DNA of 64,000 bases from assembly GCA_963804995.1 (NCBI GenBank), contig CAWDSK010000002.1, forward strand, positions 672,001 to 736,000. The letters are read 5' to 3'. The stretch is from an uncultured Acidobacteriota bacterium (GTDB lineage Bacteria > Acidobacteriota > Terriglobia > UBA7540). Within the stretch, counting starts at the first letter, position 1. Every line of letters starts with the position of its first letter. The notes under the pieces were generated by a model. That model was given only the letters and a program-made list of their open reading frames with translations. It had not been told where the DNA came from and did no database searches. The translations under genes were made by a program, and so were the position numbers. Shown here in pieces: positions 32,428 through 43,525 of the stretch.

Positions 32428-33822
32428 GAATCGGTAGGTGCAGAACACCCAGGGGTATGAGCTTCCGATCCCGTGGGCGTTTTCCTTCAGGAATTGACCC
32501 CAGAACAAGTAGCTCCACCCGGTACCCATTGTGAGCCAGGGGCGCGGGCTATAGGTGATGTAGAAGTCTGCGTCATGGCCGATATTGGTACTCAAGGCCC
32601 CACCCGCCGGCGCGTCCACAACCTCCACGCCGGAGGCGTTGTAAAGGCCGTCGTGGGCGCTTGCTAGCCACAGGAAATGGTAATCGAACGTCACCTTCAG
32701 GGTCCGGAGGGGATTGACCTCAGCACTCGCTCTAAGGTGCCGGATGTTGCGCCAACCGAACAGGTCGGACATGCCGTAGATGTTGTGAAAGGCCCCATAC
32801 ACCTGATCAAAGGTGGTCACTCTGCCGTCCGATTTGCCGCTACCGCCGGTTGCGAAGGTGTACTCAGTGGAAAAACGAGGTTTCAGGGGGACCTTGGGGA
32901 CCGTGTATCCGGCAACCCAGTAGCCTGCCCAGGAGTCAAGGTCGTCGGTCGACAAGTGGCCACCTTGTCGGTCCATTTCCACTGTATAGTCGAACCCGGC
33001 GGGGAGTTTGCCAAACCAAAGAGCGCCCACAGTGTAAATATCGGCATTGCCCACTACGCCGGTTCCGCTTTTAGCCGTGGGCAGGGTCTTCCAGAGCACG
33101 TAGGGTTCAATCGTCGCTTTGGGAACGAGCTTGCTCAAGGTGCCATAAACGCCATACAGGTTGTGGCCCGGAGCACCGTCGAACTTATCAAAACGGTTGG
33201 TATTGATGATTACCGGGGTAGCTGCAAAGATGTCGACGCGGTTCCCACCCCTACTCAGTCCGATCTTGGCAACGTCAAAAGTGCGGGTGACGTTACCCCA
33301 ATCACCACCGCCCACCACACGCTGGTTCCCCAGGTTGAGTTCCGTGCGCCCCACCTGCAGGCTGACCCAATTCTTCTCCCCTGGCTTGAATTCGACATAG
33401 CCCTGACGCAGGTCGAACGTATTTTTGAGGCTGCTGCTGACATGATCCGAAGCTATGTCGATAGGGCGGGAGTCCTGCCCCTGGACGTAGAAGTGCAACC
33501 ATTTGGTGGGTTTCAGATCGAGCCCAATCCGCGTGCGGGTCAGTGTATAGGTATCGTTGTCACCCGCCTCATATCCGAGGGAAGTGCGGGCCTCTTCGCG
33601 GGCGCGAACCTCCAAAGTGAACTTCATCCAATGGGGCAAATCCTTATTGAGCTCGTCGCCCGGGTTCTTGGTGGTTTGGACTGCCGCCTGAGTTGTTGAT
33701 GACGCCGTCTGGGCACGAAGGTTGAGGGCACCGAGAATGGCCACCGTCAGTGTTATGATCTTGAGTGAGCGGGACCAACGGTACCTAGCATGTCCACCTT
33801 GAAATTCATCTGTTGAACACAT
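32425..33822 (-). CDS. Alginate-export-family outer membrane beta-barrel protein
   Basis: Signal peptide, LTRTRIG, QGQDSR, DLRQGY, VGRTELNLG..R.VG..DWGN, C-terminal YRF. Confidence 0.78.
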   Translation of the reverse strand: MCSTDEFQGGHARYRWSRSLKIITLTVAILGALNLRAQTASSTTQAAVQTTKNPGDELNKDLPHWMKFTLEVRAREEARTSLGYEAGDNDTYTLTRTRIGLDLKPTKWLHFYVQGQDSRPIDIASDHVSSSLKNTFDLRQGYVEFKPGEKNWVSLQVGRTELNLGNQRVVGGGDWGNVTRTFDVAKIGLSRGGNRVDIFAATPVIINTNRFDKFDGAPGHNLYGVYGTLSKLVPKATIEPYVLWKTLPTAKSGTGVVGNADIYTVGALWFGKLPAGFDYTVEMDRQGGHLSTDDLDSWAGYWVAGYTVPKVPLKPRFSTEYTFATGGSGKSDGRVTTFDQVYGAFHNIYGMSDLFGWRNIRHLRASAEVNPLRTLKVTFDYHFLWLASAHDGLYNASGVEVVDAPAGGALSTNIGHDADFYITYSPRPWLTMGTGWSYLFWGQFLKENAHGIGSSYPWVFCTYRF

Positions 33823-33841
33823 AAATCCTCCTATGGTGCCG

Positions 33842-34309
33842 TCAAAGTCTTGAGGCTTGGGCGGTTTTTTCATGTCCTTCTCCTGCCACGCTGACCGCGG
33901 CGCCAGTGTCCAGGACATGCATCAAACGATCGCTTAGCTTGTAGATCCCTCGAATAAGTTCTCGCGCCTTGCTGTCTATGGTTCCCGGAGGCAACTCAAA
34001 GGCCTCCTCCCCAACTTCCAAAACATCGCCAATTTCATCCACCAGCAGACTGACCGCGCCGTCCTCGTGACGGATCACAACGTTCATAGGGAGGTCGGTG
34101 GCGGTGCGTTCCCGCAGGCCCAACCGGCGTCGCAGATCAATCGCGGTCACGATCTGGCCGCGCAGGTTGATGAGACCTTTGACGACCGGGGGCGCCAGCG
34201 GCACGTGAGTCATTTCCTGATAGCGAATGACTTCCTGGACTTTTTCCACCTCCACTCCGAAGAGGAGTCGGTCGACCACAAAAGTTGAGAACTGTTTCAT
34301 CCCTGCCAT
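33842..34309 (-). CDS. cheW: Chemotaxis coupling protein CheW
   Basis: VQEVI, VPLAP...GLINLRGQIV..IDL, LLVDEIGDV. Confidence 0.93.
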   Translation of the reverse strand: MAGMKQFSTFVVDRLLFGVEVEKVQEVIRYQEMTHVPLAPPVVKGLINLRGQIVTAIDLRRRLGLRERTATDLPMNVVIRHEDGAVSLLVDEIGDVLEVGEEAFELPPGTIDSKARELIRGIYKLSDRLMHVLDTGAAVSVAGEGHEKTAQASRL

Positions 34310-34398
34310 AGCTTGTCTCCTAGGTTCTGGGGACTGGCGGCTGGCTTCTAGGGTATTTCCCCTGTTCCTAATCCCCAGTACTCTGCACCTTTTCCCAT

Positions 34399-37189
34399 TT
34401 AGGCTGCCGTCGGCTCCTCAAAGAAGCTCGGGTCTGCCTCCTGGATGATGCCTTTCACGTCGAGCAATTCGGTAACGCGACTTTGCACGACCACCGAACC
34501 CAAGCTGCCCTTGCGGCCTGCGTGCTTTTGGGCCTTGACTCTCTCGTGGGCGATGTCGAGGATGCGATCCACGACCAGTCCGACGCTGCGGCCATGATCG
34601 TTGTACACAACCACCTGGATCTTCTCGTCTTCCGCTCCCGACTCAGACAATGCGGGATTACGCGGTTGCTGACGGCGCTCCGTAAGAGTGCTGGAGAGGT
34701 GGATTAAGGGGAGGATTTGGCCGCGGTACTGGACAACGTATCGCCCTTCCGCCTGTTCCACGCTGCGGCTCGAAAACTCTTCCAAGCGCGCCACCAGCGA
34801 AAGCGGCATCGCCATCCGTCCATCATCCGGCCCGCGTAACAAGAGGAGCGATTCCCCATCATCGTGATGCTGCTCGGACTCGGCGGTCTTATCGCCTACC
34901 GCGCGGTCCCGAAGCTCGGAAACCACGTTGGCACGTTGTGCCAACCCCAGAACGTCCAGGATCAAGGCCACCAGACCATCACCCATGATGGTTGCTCCGG
35001 CGAACGTGGTGATGCCTTTGAGCTGTTTGCCCAGGGGTTTGACGACGATTTCCTCCGTATCATTGATCTCATCGACGACCAAACCAAACTGGCGATCATC
35101 TGCCTGCAAGACCACGATGTTGACGGCATTGCGGCCGGTGGTATGCTGCTTCGAGCTCCGTCAGCAGGGCGACGATCTGGCCGGAGAGACTCTCAACTTG
35201 CGCTAGTTCCTGCTCGGCGCGAGTAGTCTCGCCCGCCCCCTTTGAGGTAATGACCACCCGGACATGGTTATGAAGCTGCTGGTGCAGGGTTTCCAATTGC
35301 TGCATGGCCGGCAGGTCGCCAAACTGCTCTAATCCCGAGGAATAGAGCCAAATTCCCAGCGCACAATCCTTGTGAGATGTGGCCTGAGCTGCCGTCAGGG
35401 TGGTCTTACCGTCCAGGAAATCTCTCAGCCTCGATTTCCAAAGCAGGTGCTTACTGCGCGCGGCGGCAAAGTCCAAACCTTGTGCCTCAGATCCTGCTCC
35501 GGCCGAGCGCGTCTGGCCCGGTGTGGCTTCCGGATTTGAGCCGTCACCTTCCCCCTCCCCGCGAAGTTGATGTTTCAGGTAGACGAGAGGCAACAGCTTT
35601 CCACGCAGGCGGTAGACGGGCGCACCATGAATCATCTCGATGCCTTTGCGGGCCTGCTCGCTTTCCAGCCGCACAAGCTCCAAGAGGCTGACCTGCGGGA
35701 TGGCGTAACGGTCGCTCCCACTGGTCACAATCAGTGCGGGGATAATGGCCAAGGTCAGAGGAATCTTGATCTTCAAAGTTGTCCCTTGGCCCATGCGGGA
35801 TTGAATGTCGACCGTTCCACCAATCTTCTCGATATTGGTTTTCACGACGTCCATGCCCACTCCACGGCCGGAAACATTGGTCACCTTTTCGGCCGTGGAA
35901 AATCCGGGCAGGAAGATCAGGTTCAGGAGCTCGCGGTCACTCATGCGCGCTGCCTGGTCAGGGGAAATCAGGCCCTTCTCCAAACCCTTCTGTTTGACTC
36001 GCTCCAGATCGATCCCCGCGCCATCGTCGGAGATCTCGATGTTGACCTGCCCCCCTTCGTGGAAGGCCCGGAGGAATAGGCGGCCCTCGGGGAGTTTCCC
36101 CATGGCCAGGCGCTTTTCAGGCGGTTCAATGCCGTGATCGACAACATTGCGGACCAGGTGAGTAAGAGGATCTTTAATGGCTTCGATGATGGTCTTGTCG
36201 AGGTCTGTCTCCTTGCCCTCCATCTCAATGTTGACCTGTTTCCCACACGCGGTCGCCAGGTCGCGCACCACGCGGGGAAACTTGCTCCAGATGTTTCCGA
36301 TAGGCTGCATGCGCGTCTTCATGACGCCTTCTTGCAGTTCGGTCGTGATGAGGTTCAAGCGCTGGGAGGTGTTGAGGAAGGCCGTATCCTGCTGCGAGGA
36401 GGAGAATTGCAAGATTTGGTTACGAGCCAGGACCAGTTCCCCAACCAAATTCATCAGCTTATCCAGCAAACCGACGTCGACTCTTATGTTGCTGTCAGAG
36501 AGGGCCGAGGAGCGGACTTCTGCCTGGGTTTGCAGGGCTTCCAGCACGGCGGAGGGCTGCGTGGCGCCTTTGTCTACGAGGATCTCGCCGAGGCGTCGAG
36601 AGTCCCCCTCCTGCTGAAGCTCCAGCGCCTGCTGAACCTGCTCCGGTTTTACCTGGCCTGCCTGAACTAATATTTCACCCACGGGCGGAACAGGCCCGGC
36701 CTCCTCGGGCTTCACCTGCGATTCCACAATGGCCGTTGGCACCGGGGGCTGGGCTGGGGCAGGAGAAGCCGAGGCTGTTGCAGCTTGGGCGGGCTTTGTC
36801 CCCTCACCGCCCTGCAAGCGCGTCAAGAGTCCGATGAGGGAGCTGTAGTCACCGTCCCCTTCCTGGCCAGTGTTTTCGATATTCATCAGCATCTGGCGGA
36901 TAGCATCCACCAGGGCCAGAAGCCCCGAGGTGATTTCGGCATTCAGCAGGAGACGACCTTCGCGCAAACGGCTCAGGAGGTTTTCACCCACATGCGCCAC
37001 GGATTCCAGCTTGGAGAAACCCAGGAAGCCCGTGGTGCCCTTGATGGTGTGAATCGCCCGAAAGATGCTGGAGAGAATGTCTCGCGCCGTGGGATCCTTC
37101 TCCAGAGTCACCAGATCCCGGTCAAGCTGGTCGAGGTTCTCATTGCTCTCAACGAGGAATTCCTTGACGATGTCGTCCATGTCACCCAT
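34399..37189 (-). CDS. cheA: Chemotaxis histidine kinase CheA with inserted CZB domain and a second CheW-like domain; apparent 1-nt frameshift near 35150
   Basis: HPt FRAIHTIKG, LMNLVGELVLARN, HLVRN..DHGIE, GFSTA, SGRGVGMDVV; tail continues in ORF 34399..35115 (FGLVVDEI..TEEIVVKPL). Confidence 0.93.
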
Positions 37190-37383
37190 GGCTGAATTTC
37201 TCCTTCCAGTTGGAAGCACCCTCACGTCGGTCGGATCGTGGGGGCCTTCATCCTCTCGCGACTCTTGAGTGGGAAAAGGACCTTGTTCACTTGCAGCAGC
37301 ATCTTTCCAGCCTTGCGGCGCTTTTGCCGTGCCTGCCGAATCACCCAAAGGCGTTTGGAAAGCCTTCTCGTGTTCAGACACTG

Positions 37384-37410
37384 TTATCGGCGTAACGCCC
37401 AGTCTCTTGA
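37384..37410 (-). promoter_or_regulatory. Sigma28-type promoter upstream of cheA
   Basis: TCAA-N15-GCCGATAA on the minus strand. Confidence 0.7.
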
Positions 37411-37775
37411 AGGTTTTTTTCGGGGTCGGCTCATGGAGCTATCGGGGAGGGAAGTAATCTGGGCGGGAAATCCCGTGACCCTTGGGAAGAACTTGGTAAC
37501 CTGAAGAGGGATTCATTTGGCGGCGCTCGGTAGAATGCGCCAGGATTCCTGTCAGGTTTTGAGCATAGCCTGGAACTGGCGGCTCCTTTCCCAGATACAG
37601 CCGGAACTGAAGTTAGGTGGTAAGCAGCAGAAAAGTGCGGCGGAGCCGCAAGTGAAAAGTCATAGGAAGAAAACGCATGAAGCTGGGAAAGTAAGTGGGA
37701 CCTCGCCCGCTATGCCCCGCGGAGAGCAACAAGTGGGACAGTCCCACATTGACAAATAGTTGTGAGTCTACATAA

Positions 37776-37883
37776 GTAGAGCAGAAGAGTAGGCGATCCC
37801 GTGCCCGATCTCCTTGCCCCCTGACCAACGTGACCTCCTCACCCCGCGTCGAGCCGGACGTGCAGATTTCCCACCTCCGGTTC
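37776..37883 (-). ncRNA. Degenerate group II intron domain V-VI relic
   Basis: Minus strand GAACCGGAGGTGGGAAATCTGCACGTCCGGCTC-GACGCGGGG...CTCTAC: GAAA loop, AC bulge, AY end; triad altered and no RT gene nearby. Confidence 0.5.
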
Positions 37884-38301
37884 GCACCCCAACGCGCTCC
37901 AAATCAGGAACCGTAGCGCCCGAAGCACGTAGCCCAGCACGGTAGCGCCGCACCCAAGGTGTCGGGGCCAGCGCCTGCGCCCCAGGGCTGGCTTCTGGCG
38001 TCCACCCTTAGGATTGGCGGACTTCCAGCCGGGGCGGCGCCGGCCCGGGCCGAACGGTCGTCCACCCTTAAGATCGGCTGACTTCCAGCCGCGGCGACCC
38101 CTACAACGTCCGCGAAAGTCCTTGGTGAAATGACAAGAATTTGCGGGCTGGCAAGACAGGGGCCTCACTGGGGACGGTCAACTTCCTTTTTGGTTCTGGC
38201 ACTGTAATGTGGAGGCAGCAGGCCAAGTCGCAGAAATGGTCGAGAAGGGCGGGGGGAGATGAATCCGGGAATGGGGGTCGAAGCCGTCGAGGTTCCTACG
38301 C

Positions 38302-38757
38302 TCAGGCGGTAAGCTGAAGGGAAGGTGGTTCCGACTCCTGGTAGGGGTCAAGGCGTGGTCTAGGGCTGGGGGGCGCGGTGGCGGAGGTAGGGGAAGGACG
38401 AGCAATCTGCTCCCACGCCTCACGAACCGTGGAGAACTGCTCGACCAGCGAGGCGAGGATTTCCTTGGAGTTTTCGACATTAGCTTTCATCGACTGGCCG
38501 CGGGCGTGCGTGTAAAACAGTTTGAGGGTCTGGGCGACTTCGCCGCCGCGCTCGAAGTCCAGGCTGCCTTCCAGTTGTGCGATGATGCCATCCAGGCGGC
38601 ACAGATGGTTGCACTTTTTTTCGATGTCCTTGGCCTCGATGGCGGCGATGGCGCATTGCAGGGCGGTGACGGCGCCATCGTAAAGCATCACGACCATTTC
38701 CAGGGGCGTGGCGCCCTGGACCGACTGTTGCCGATAGGTGGAGGCCGGGTATCTCAT
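38302..38757 (-). CDS. fliS: Flagellin chaperone FliS
   Basis: ATPLEMVVMLYDGA, SLDFERGGEVA, VREAW. Confidence 0.92.
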   Translation of the reverse strand: MRYPASTYRQQSVQGATPLEMVVMLYDGAVTALQCAIAAIEAKDIEKKCNHLCRLDGIIAQLEGSLDFERGGEVAQTLKLFYTHARGQSMKANVENSKEILASLVEQFSTVREAWEQIARPSPTSATAPPSPRPRLDPYQESEPPSLQLTA

Positions 38758-40299
38758 GATGATTTCGGTGGATTGAGCGCGTCAAGTTGACTGTTGATCG
38801 CGGCAAGGGTTTCCGGCAGTTGCTCGAGCGTCGTGTTGATCAGACTGTACTCATTCATGAGCTGCGTCTGGGTCTGCTGGAGCTGATACTGGAAATCAGT
38901 GATCTGGGTGTTGAGATCGGTCACGTTACTGGTGATTCCGGCCATGTCCAGATTCAAGGGGCCGTTGGTAGGGTCGTTGAGCGAGACCAGACTCGTGTTG
39001 AGAGCCGTGGCCACACCCGCGCCCGCGGTCGAAGAAGCGGCCGATTGGAAGAGGTTTTGCACGGCCGAAAAATCATTGGTCAGTGCGTCATTAAGGCTCA
39101 TGCTGTCCGGCGATGTGCTGCTGGCCACCTTTAACGTCCCGTCCTGCTGAAGCTGAATCCCAATTGACTGAAGATTCACCAGGCCATTATTCCCCGTGAT
39201 GCTGGTGGTGATGCCATTCAGCAACTGTGACTGCAAAAGGTCTAAAGAGGGGTCTCCCAGGAGGGGGGGCGGCGTGCCGGAGGTGCCATCGTAGGCGTAC
39301 TGGGCATTGATGTCAGTTATCACCTGGTTGTAGGCGGTGACGAAATTGTTGATGGCCGTACCCACCTGGGTCAGGTCAGGCTGGATGGCCAGCGTCACGG
39401 GCGAAGTTGACGTCCCTGACAACGTCAGAGTCACCCCCGGGATTGCCCCCGTCACCGTATTGCTGCCGCTGGAGACCGGGATACCGTCTACGGTCAGTTG
39501 GGCGTCGGCCCCGAGGACATGGCCATTTCCATCGGTAGCCTGGGTGAAATCCAAGCCACCGGTGCCGGTGGTGTCATTGGTTATATGCAAGGCTCCCGCC
39601 GCGCCGGAAGTCTGGCTGACCAGCGACAGGCGAGCGCCGGAGGTGTCTGTAATTACCGAGGCCGTGACCCCCAGGTTATGCTGATTGATGTAAGTCGCGA
39701 GGCCGGCCAAAGTGTTGGTACCGTCGGTGCTGTCAACCGGGATGGGCTCTACCGTGCCATTGGGGCCCACCTGAAGATCGAAGGATCCGGTGGGAATCAC
39801 CGTCGATCCCGTAAGTTGGCTTTGGGAATAGGACGCGGCGGTGGTGGCGAGGCTCGATGACCTGGATAGCGTGCGAACCCGCCGTGGTGCCGGCCGCCGC
39901 GGTCGCACTGACCACATCATTATTGGAAGAGTTCACCGTCACCTGGCTGAAGGCGCCGTCGGGGTCGTTGAGCGCCTGCACACTGGCCTGCAAAGCCGTC
40001 AGGTCGCTTTGGATGGTTTTGAGCGCGCTGGTCTGGGCGTTGAAGGCCGTCACTTGACTTTGCAGGTTAACTTCGGGTTGGGCGTCGATTTGTAGAATGG
40101 CGTTCACGGTCGAGGTCACATCAATGCCACTCCCGGAAGTGTTGGTGGCTGAGTTCAGGATGGCATTCACGGCCTGCTGGATCGCCGTCGAAGTGCTCGT
40201 ATTCGTCGAAGAGTTGGATTGCCCCAGGAGCTGGCTCAGCGTTTCCGTGGTACTGGGATTCAAGGCGGATAGAAGTGAATTGATCCCGGTGGTACTCAT
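38754..40299 (-). CDS. fliD: Flagellar cap protein FliD, apparent 1-nt frameshift near 39858
   Basis: SGIDVTSTVNAIL N-terminus; SNTVTGAIPGVTLTL, FVTAYN, LLGD, IGIQLQQDGTL; between flaG and fliS. Confidence 0.88.
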
Positions 40300-40362
40300 T
40301 CCTGTGTCTCCCTTGCGGCCTGACCGCGAACGTCATAGCCGGCTGGTGGCTTGCCAACTAGA

Positions 40363-40389
40363 GTATCGGCAGATTGCGGAAAAACATTA
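40363..40389 (-). promoter_or_regulatory. Sigma28-type promoter upstream of fliD
   Basis: TAAT-N15-GCCGATAC on the minus strand. Confidence 0.65.
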
Positions 40390-40567
40390 GGGAAGAGCGG
40401 AAGACGGGGCACGGGATACGGGCACCGGAAACAACCGGACGGCCTTGGAACGGCAGGGCGGAGGGATAGGTGGCACGAAGCGAGACGCGGGATAACTGTT
40501 CCGGGTCGCTCGTCGCGTGTCCCGTGTCCCGTGCCCCGTATCCCGTTTCCCGTCTTCCTCTCTTCCC

Positions 40568-40885
40568 CTACGACTTGACGTCTAGGCGCTGCGCCGCCTC
40601 TTCACTGGCCGCAGGTGTGAGGCTTCCCTCCTCCATGGCTCGGATCTGCTCGGAAGGAATCTCGCAGACCACCTGCCCGTTCTGATCATTGACGACCTGG
40701 TAGTAGACATGGTGTTGGCTATCAATCCGCAGGTCGGTGCTATCCTTGGGACTGAACACTTCGACGGGGGTTGGAGCCTCGGCTGCGGGGGCCGCTGGGG
40801 CGGTTACCTTTGGTAAGGGCTCCTTTTCAGGCGCGTGATCGCTGGTACCTGATGACGGCATGAATTGTGCTGGTGTGATGCTCAT
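40568..40885 (-). CDS. flaG: FlaG-family protein
   Basis: QVVNDQNGQVVCEIPSEQI motif; between fliC and fliD. Confidence 0.75.
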   Translation of the reverse strand: MSITPAQFMPSSGTSDHAPEKEPLPKVTAPAAPAAEAPTPVEVFSPKDSTDLRIDSQHHVYYQVVNDQNGQVVCEIPSEQIRAMEEGSLTPAASEEAAQRLDVKS

Positions 40886-40900
40886 GGTTTTTCACCTATG

Positions 40901-40937
40901 AAAAAGCCTGCGGATGGGGCCGCGAGGCCCCATCCGT
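40901..40937 (-). terminator. Rho-independent terminator-like hairpin after fliC
   Basis: ACGGATGGGGCC-TCGC-GGCCCCATCCGC followed by AGGCTTTTT on the minus strand. Confidence 0.6.
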
Positions 40938-40957
40938 CAGGAATTCCCCAAGTGAGA

Positions 40958-43074
40958 CTACTGAAGCAGCTTCAGAACCGCTTGCTCGTTGGGTTGGCTT
41001 GCGCCAGGGCCGAAATACCGGTCTGTTCGAGGACCTGATACTTGGACATATTGGCAACGACCGTTCCAACGTTCGCGTCCTGCATGGAGCTTTGGGCGGA
41101 AGTCAGGTTTTGTATTTGCGTATTGATGACATTGGTCGCCGAATTCAACCGGTTAATGCCGGCGCCAATGGTGCCGCGCATGGCGGCCACGTCGGAGATG
41201 GCGGTATTGATGACCGTCAGCGCCGCCGCCGCACCCGTCGAGGTACCAAGGTTTTGGGCTGCGAGGCTGATGGCGTTACTGCCAATCTGGCCGGAAGAGA
41301 GCAACCCGACCTGAACCGTAATGGTGTTGAACAAAGGATTGGTGACCTTGCCATCACTGATGAAAACGCTGGCGCCGCCATTTCCGCTCATCGCGGGTGC
41401 CACGAAAGAGTCGGCGTTGCCACCCTCCAGGGGGTTGCCACCCGTATTCGCCACGTACCCCAGATTGACGTCGTTATTCGTGGCCGCAAGGTCGCCCCGG
41501 TTCTGGGCATCGTTGATCACCAACTGAGTTGTGGCCGCGGGTTCGGCGAGCGCACCCGTTACCGCCGTGGCAGATCCGGCTGCCGCAATGTTGCCGCTGT
41601 AACTAGAGTCCGTGACCTGCAGTTTTCCGCCACTGTCGAGGAAGGCGTGAAACGGAGTGCCGGAGGTGTTGATCGCATCGATCATTCCCTGCACCGTGTC
41701 ATTGCCAGCAGTGTTGAGGACGGAATCCTTAGTGGTAGCAGAGGCGGTATAAGTAAACGTATTGGGGTAAGTACCGTTTGCCTGCTGCGTGCCGCTGGTG
41801 ATGGTCAGGGTCTCGCCGTCGGTTATAGCCGTGGCGCCGGTCAAACTACCCGTTGCTCCCCGGAGTTGGTTCGGGTTGGACACCGACACCAAACTTGCCG
41901 TTACCCCGAGGCCGCTGGCGTTGATCCCGTTGATCAGATCCTGGACGGTGTTGGTCGCCGCCACCGTGCCCAATACGGCGGTCATGTTGTTGTTAGCAAC
42001 GGAAATGGCGCCATTAGAGCTGGTGACCTGGAAATTACCGGCCCCGGTGAGGGACGCCGTCATACCAAAACCGCTGTTGTTGATCGCGGTCATGAGGTCA
42101 CCCACGGTGTTCTGGGTTCCCGCCAGCGCACCCACGTCGGTTATGTTGGCGGCGCTCTGCGTAACGGTGACGTTACCGTTAGCCGCAGTACCCGCGATTT
42201 GGAGATGACCGCCGGCGTCGAGGTACGCCGAAATGCCCGCAGCGGCGCCCGTGGTGTTGATCGCGGTCAGGAGGGCGGCCACTTTGTCGCCAGCCGTAAA
42301 CGAGTAAGTCGCCGAGCCCGCACTATTGGTAACCGTGAGGCTATCGCCGGCGGTGAGTGCTGTCGCTTGGGTCAGTGCCGCAGTGGCCCCCGCGAATTTC
42401 AGCGTGGCAGCCGTGAAATTAACCGTACCACCGGTATTGGTAATACTGATTGTCTTGCCATTAGCGATAGTTGTGTTGGCCGTCAAACTGCCGGCGGTCC
42501 CGAGGAGGGTGGTGGCAGAGGCTCCTGCCGTATAGGTGTAAGCCGGGTTATTCCCCAACTGCACCGTCGTCGTGGTCCCCGCCGTCAAGAGACTATTGAC
42601 CCCCAGGTTGGCGGTGGCGCTGGTGGCGATTTCGTTGGGATTGGCGACGTTCGCGGCGGAAAAGACGGAGGTGCCGTTGAAATTCGTGGCTTGGCCAATG
42701 CGGTTGATTTCAGAGTTGATGGAGGAATATTCATTGGTGATCGCCGAGAATTGGGCGGGCGTAAGCCCGCCGTTGGCGGCTTCCGTAGCCAGGGTCACGG
42801 CGCGGTTGAGCAGCGTGGTGACCTGGGAGAGCGCGCCGTCGGCGACTTGCAGTTGGCCGACGCCGGCCGTGGCGTTCTGCGATGACTGCTGAAGGGCGGA
42901 AATGTTGGCCTGCAACCCGTTGACGATGGACAGTCCGGCCGGATCGTCAGCGCCGCTGTTGATCCGCGATCCTGACGACAATTGGAACAGGGTGTTTTGC
43001 AGGTTGTTGTTGGTGACTTGTAACTGGTTCTGGGCTACCAAGGAAGGGATGTTGTTCAAAACGCTTAGTGCCAT
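40958..43074 (-). CDS. fliC: Flagellin (about 705 aa), apparent frameshift near 40995
   Basis: LSSGSRINSGADDPAGL, QVADGAL, RGTIGAGINRL, QTGISALAQAN; the expected ...EQAVLKLLQ* ending lies in a shifted frame ending at 40958. Confidence 0.95.
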
Positions 43075-43201
43075 GCTAGTGCTCCTTTTAGTTTAGGTTT
43101 CCGTCTTGGGTCGCAGAACCTGGGGCCTTTGCGGTGCGCCATCCCTAGAGCCGGTGGTTCTTCTTTCCACCTGACGGAACCGATTCTCAGTCCAATGACC
43201 C

Positions 43202-43228
43202 CTATCGGCACTCGCGCCAAAACCTTAA
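43202..43228 (-). promoter_or_regulatory. Sigma28-type promoter of fliC
   Basis: TTAA-N15-GCCGATAG on the minus strand. Confidence 0.75.
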
Positions 43229-43379
43229 TCGCGGAGGGGCATTTTTAGCGGGTTTTGGCGCGGATGGGCGGCCGGCGGGAGGTCTCCATCCTTCTCTTTC
43301 CATCCTAGCCTATAATCTGAGCCTCCTGCGAATTTGCAAGATTGCCCCTGTGGCATGAAGGGGTTGGCGGTGGCTGTCT

Positions 43380-43525
43380 CGTAGCGCGGTCCTCCGTCGT
43401 TGGGGTCCGCGGCTCTTCCTTTGAAGAATCCACAAATCTCAAAGACGGGCGGCATTGCCACGACACATTCGCTCACATTGCGCAGGAAGAACCGCGGACC
43501 TCAACGGCGGAGGTCCGCGCTACGA
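43380..43525. repeat. Inverted GTAG-type REP doublet
   Basis: GTAGCGCGGTCCTCCGTCGTTGGGGTCCGCGG ... CCGCGGACCTCAACGGCGGAGGTCCGCGCTAC; a third copy lies near 59290-59325. Confidence 0.7.

Noticed and set aside
37190..37383. c-di-GMP riboswitch in the cheA leader
   Set aside because: GGCAAA is present but the GNRA/receptor stems are not; the 64-aa N-terminal extension in the ORF track is also unlikely given the RBS at 37189.
40400..40560. Heptamer-type inverted repeats (also 34320-34395 and 59100-59240)
   Set aside because: Real but short, degenerate intergenic repeats with no evidence for a specific function.
40999..42885. 628-aa plus-strand ORF
   Set aside because: Antisense shadow of fliC with no recognisable motif.
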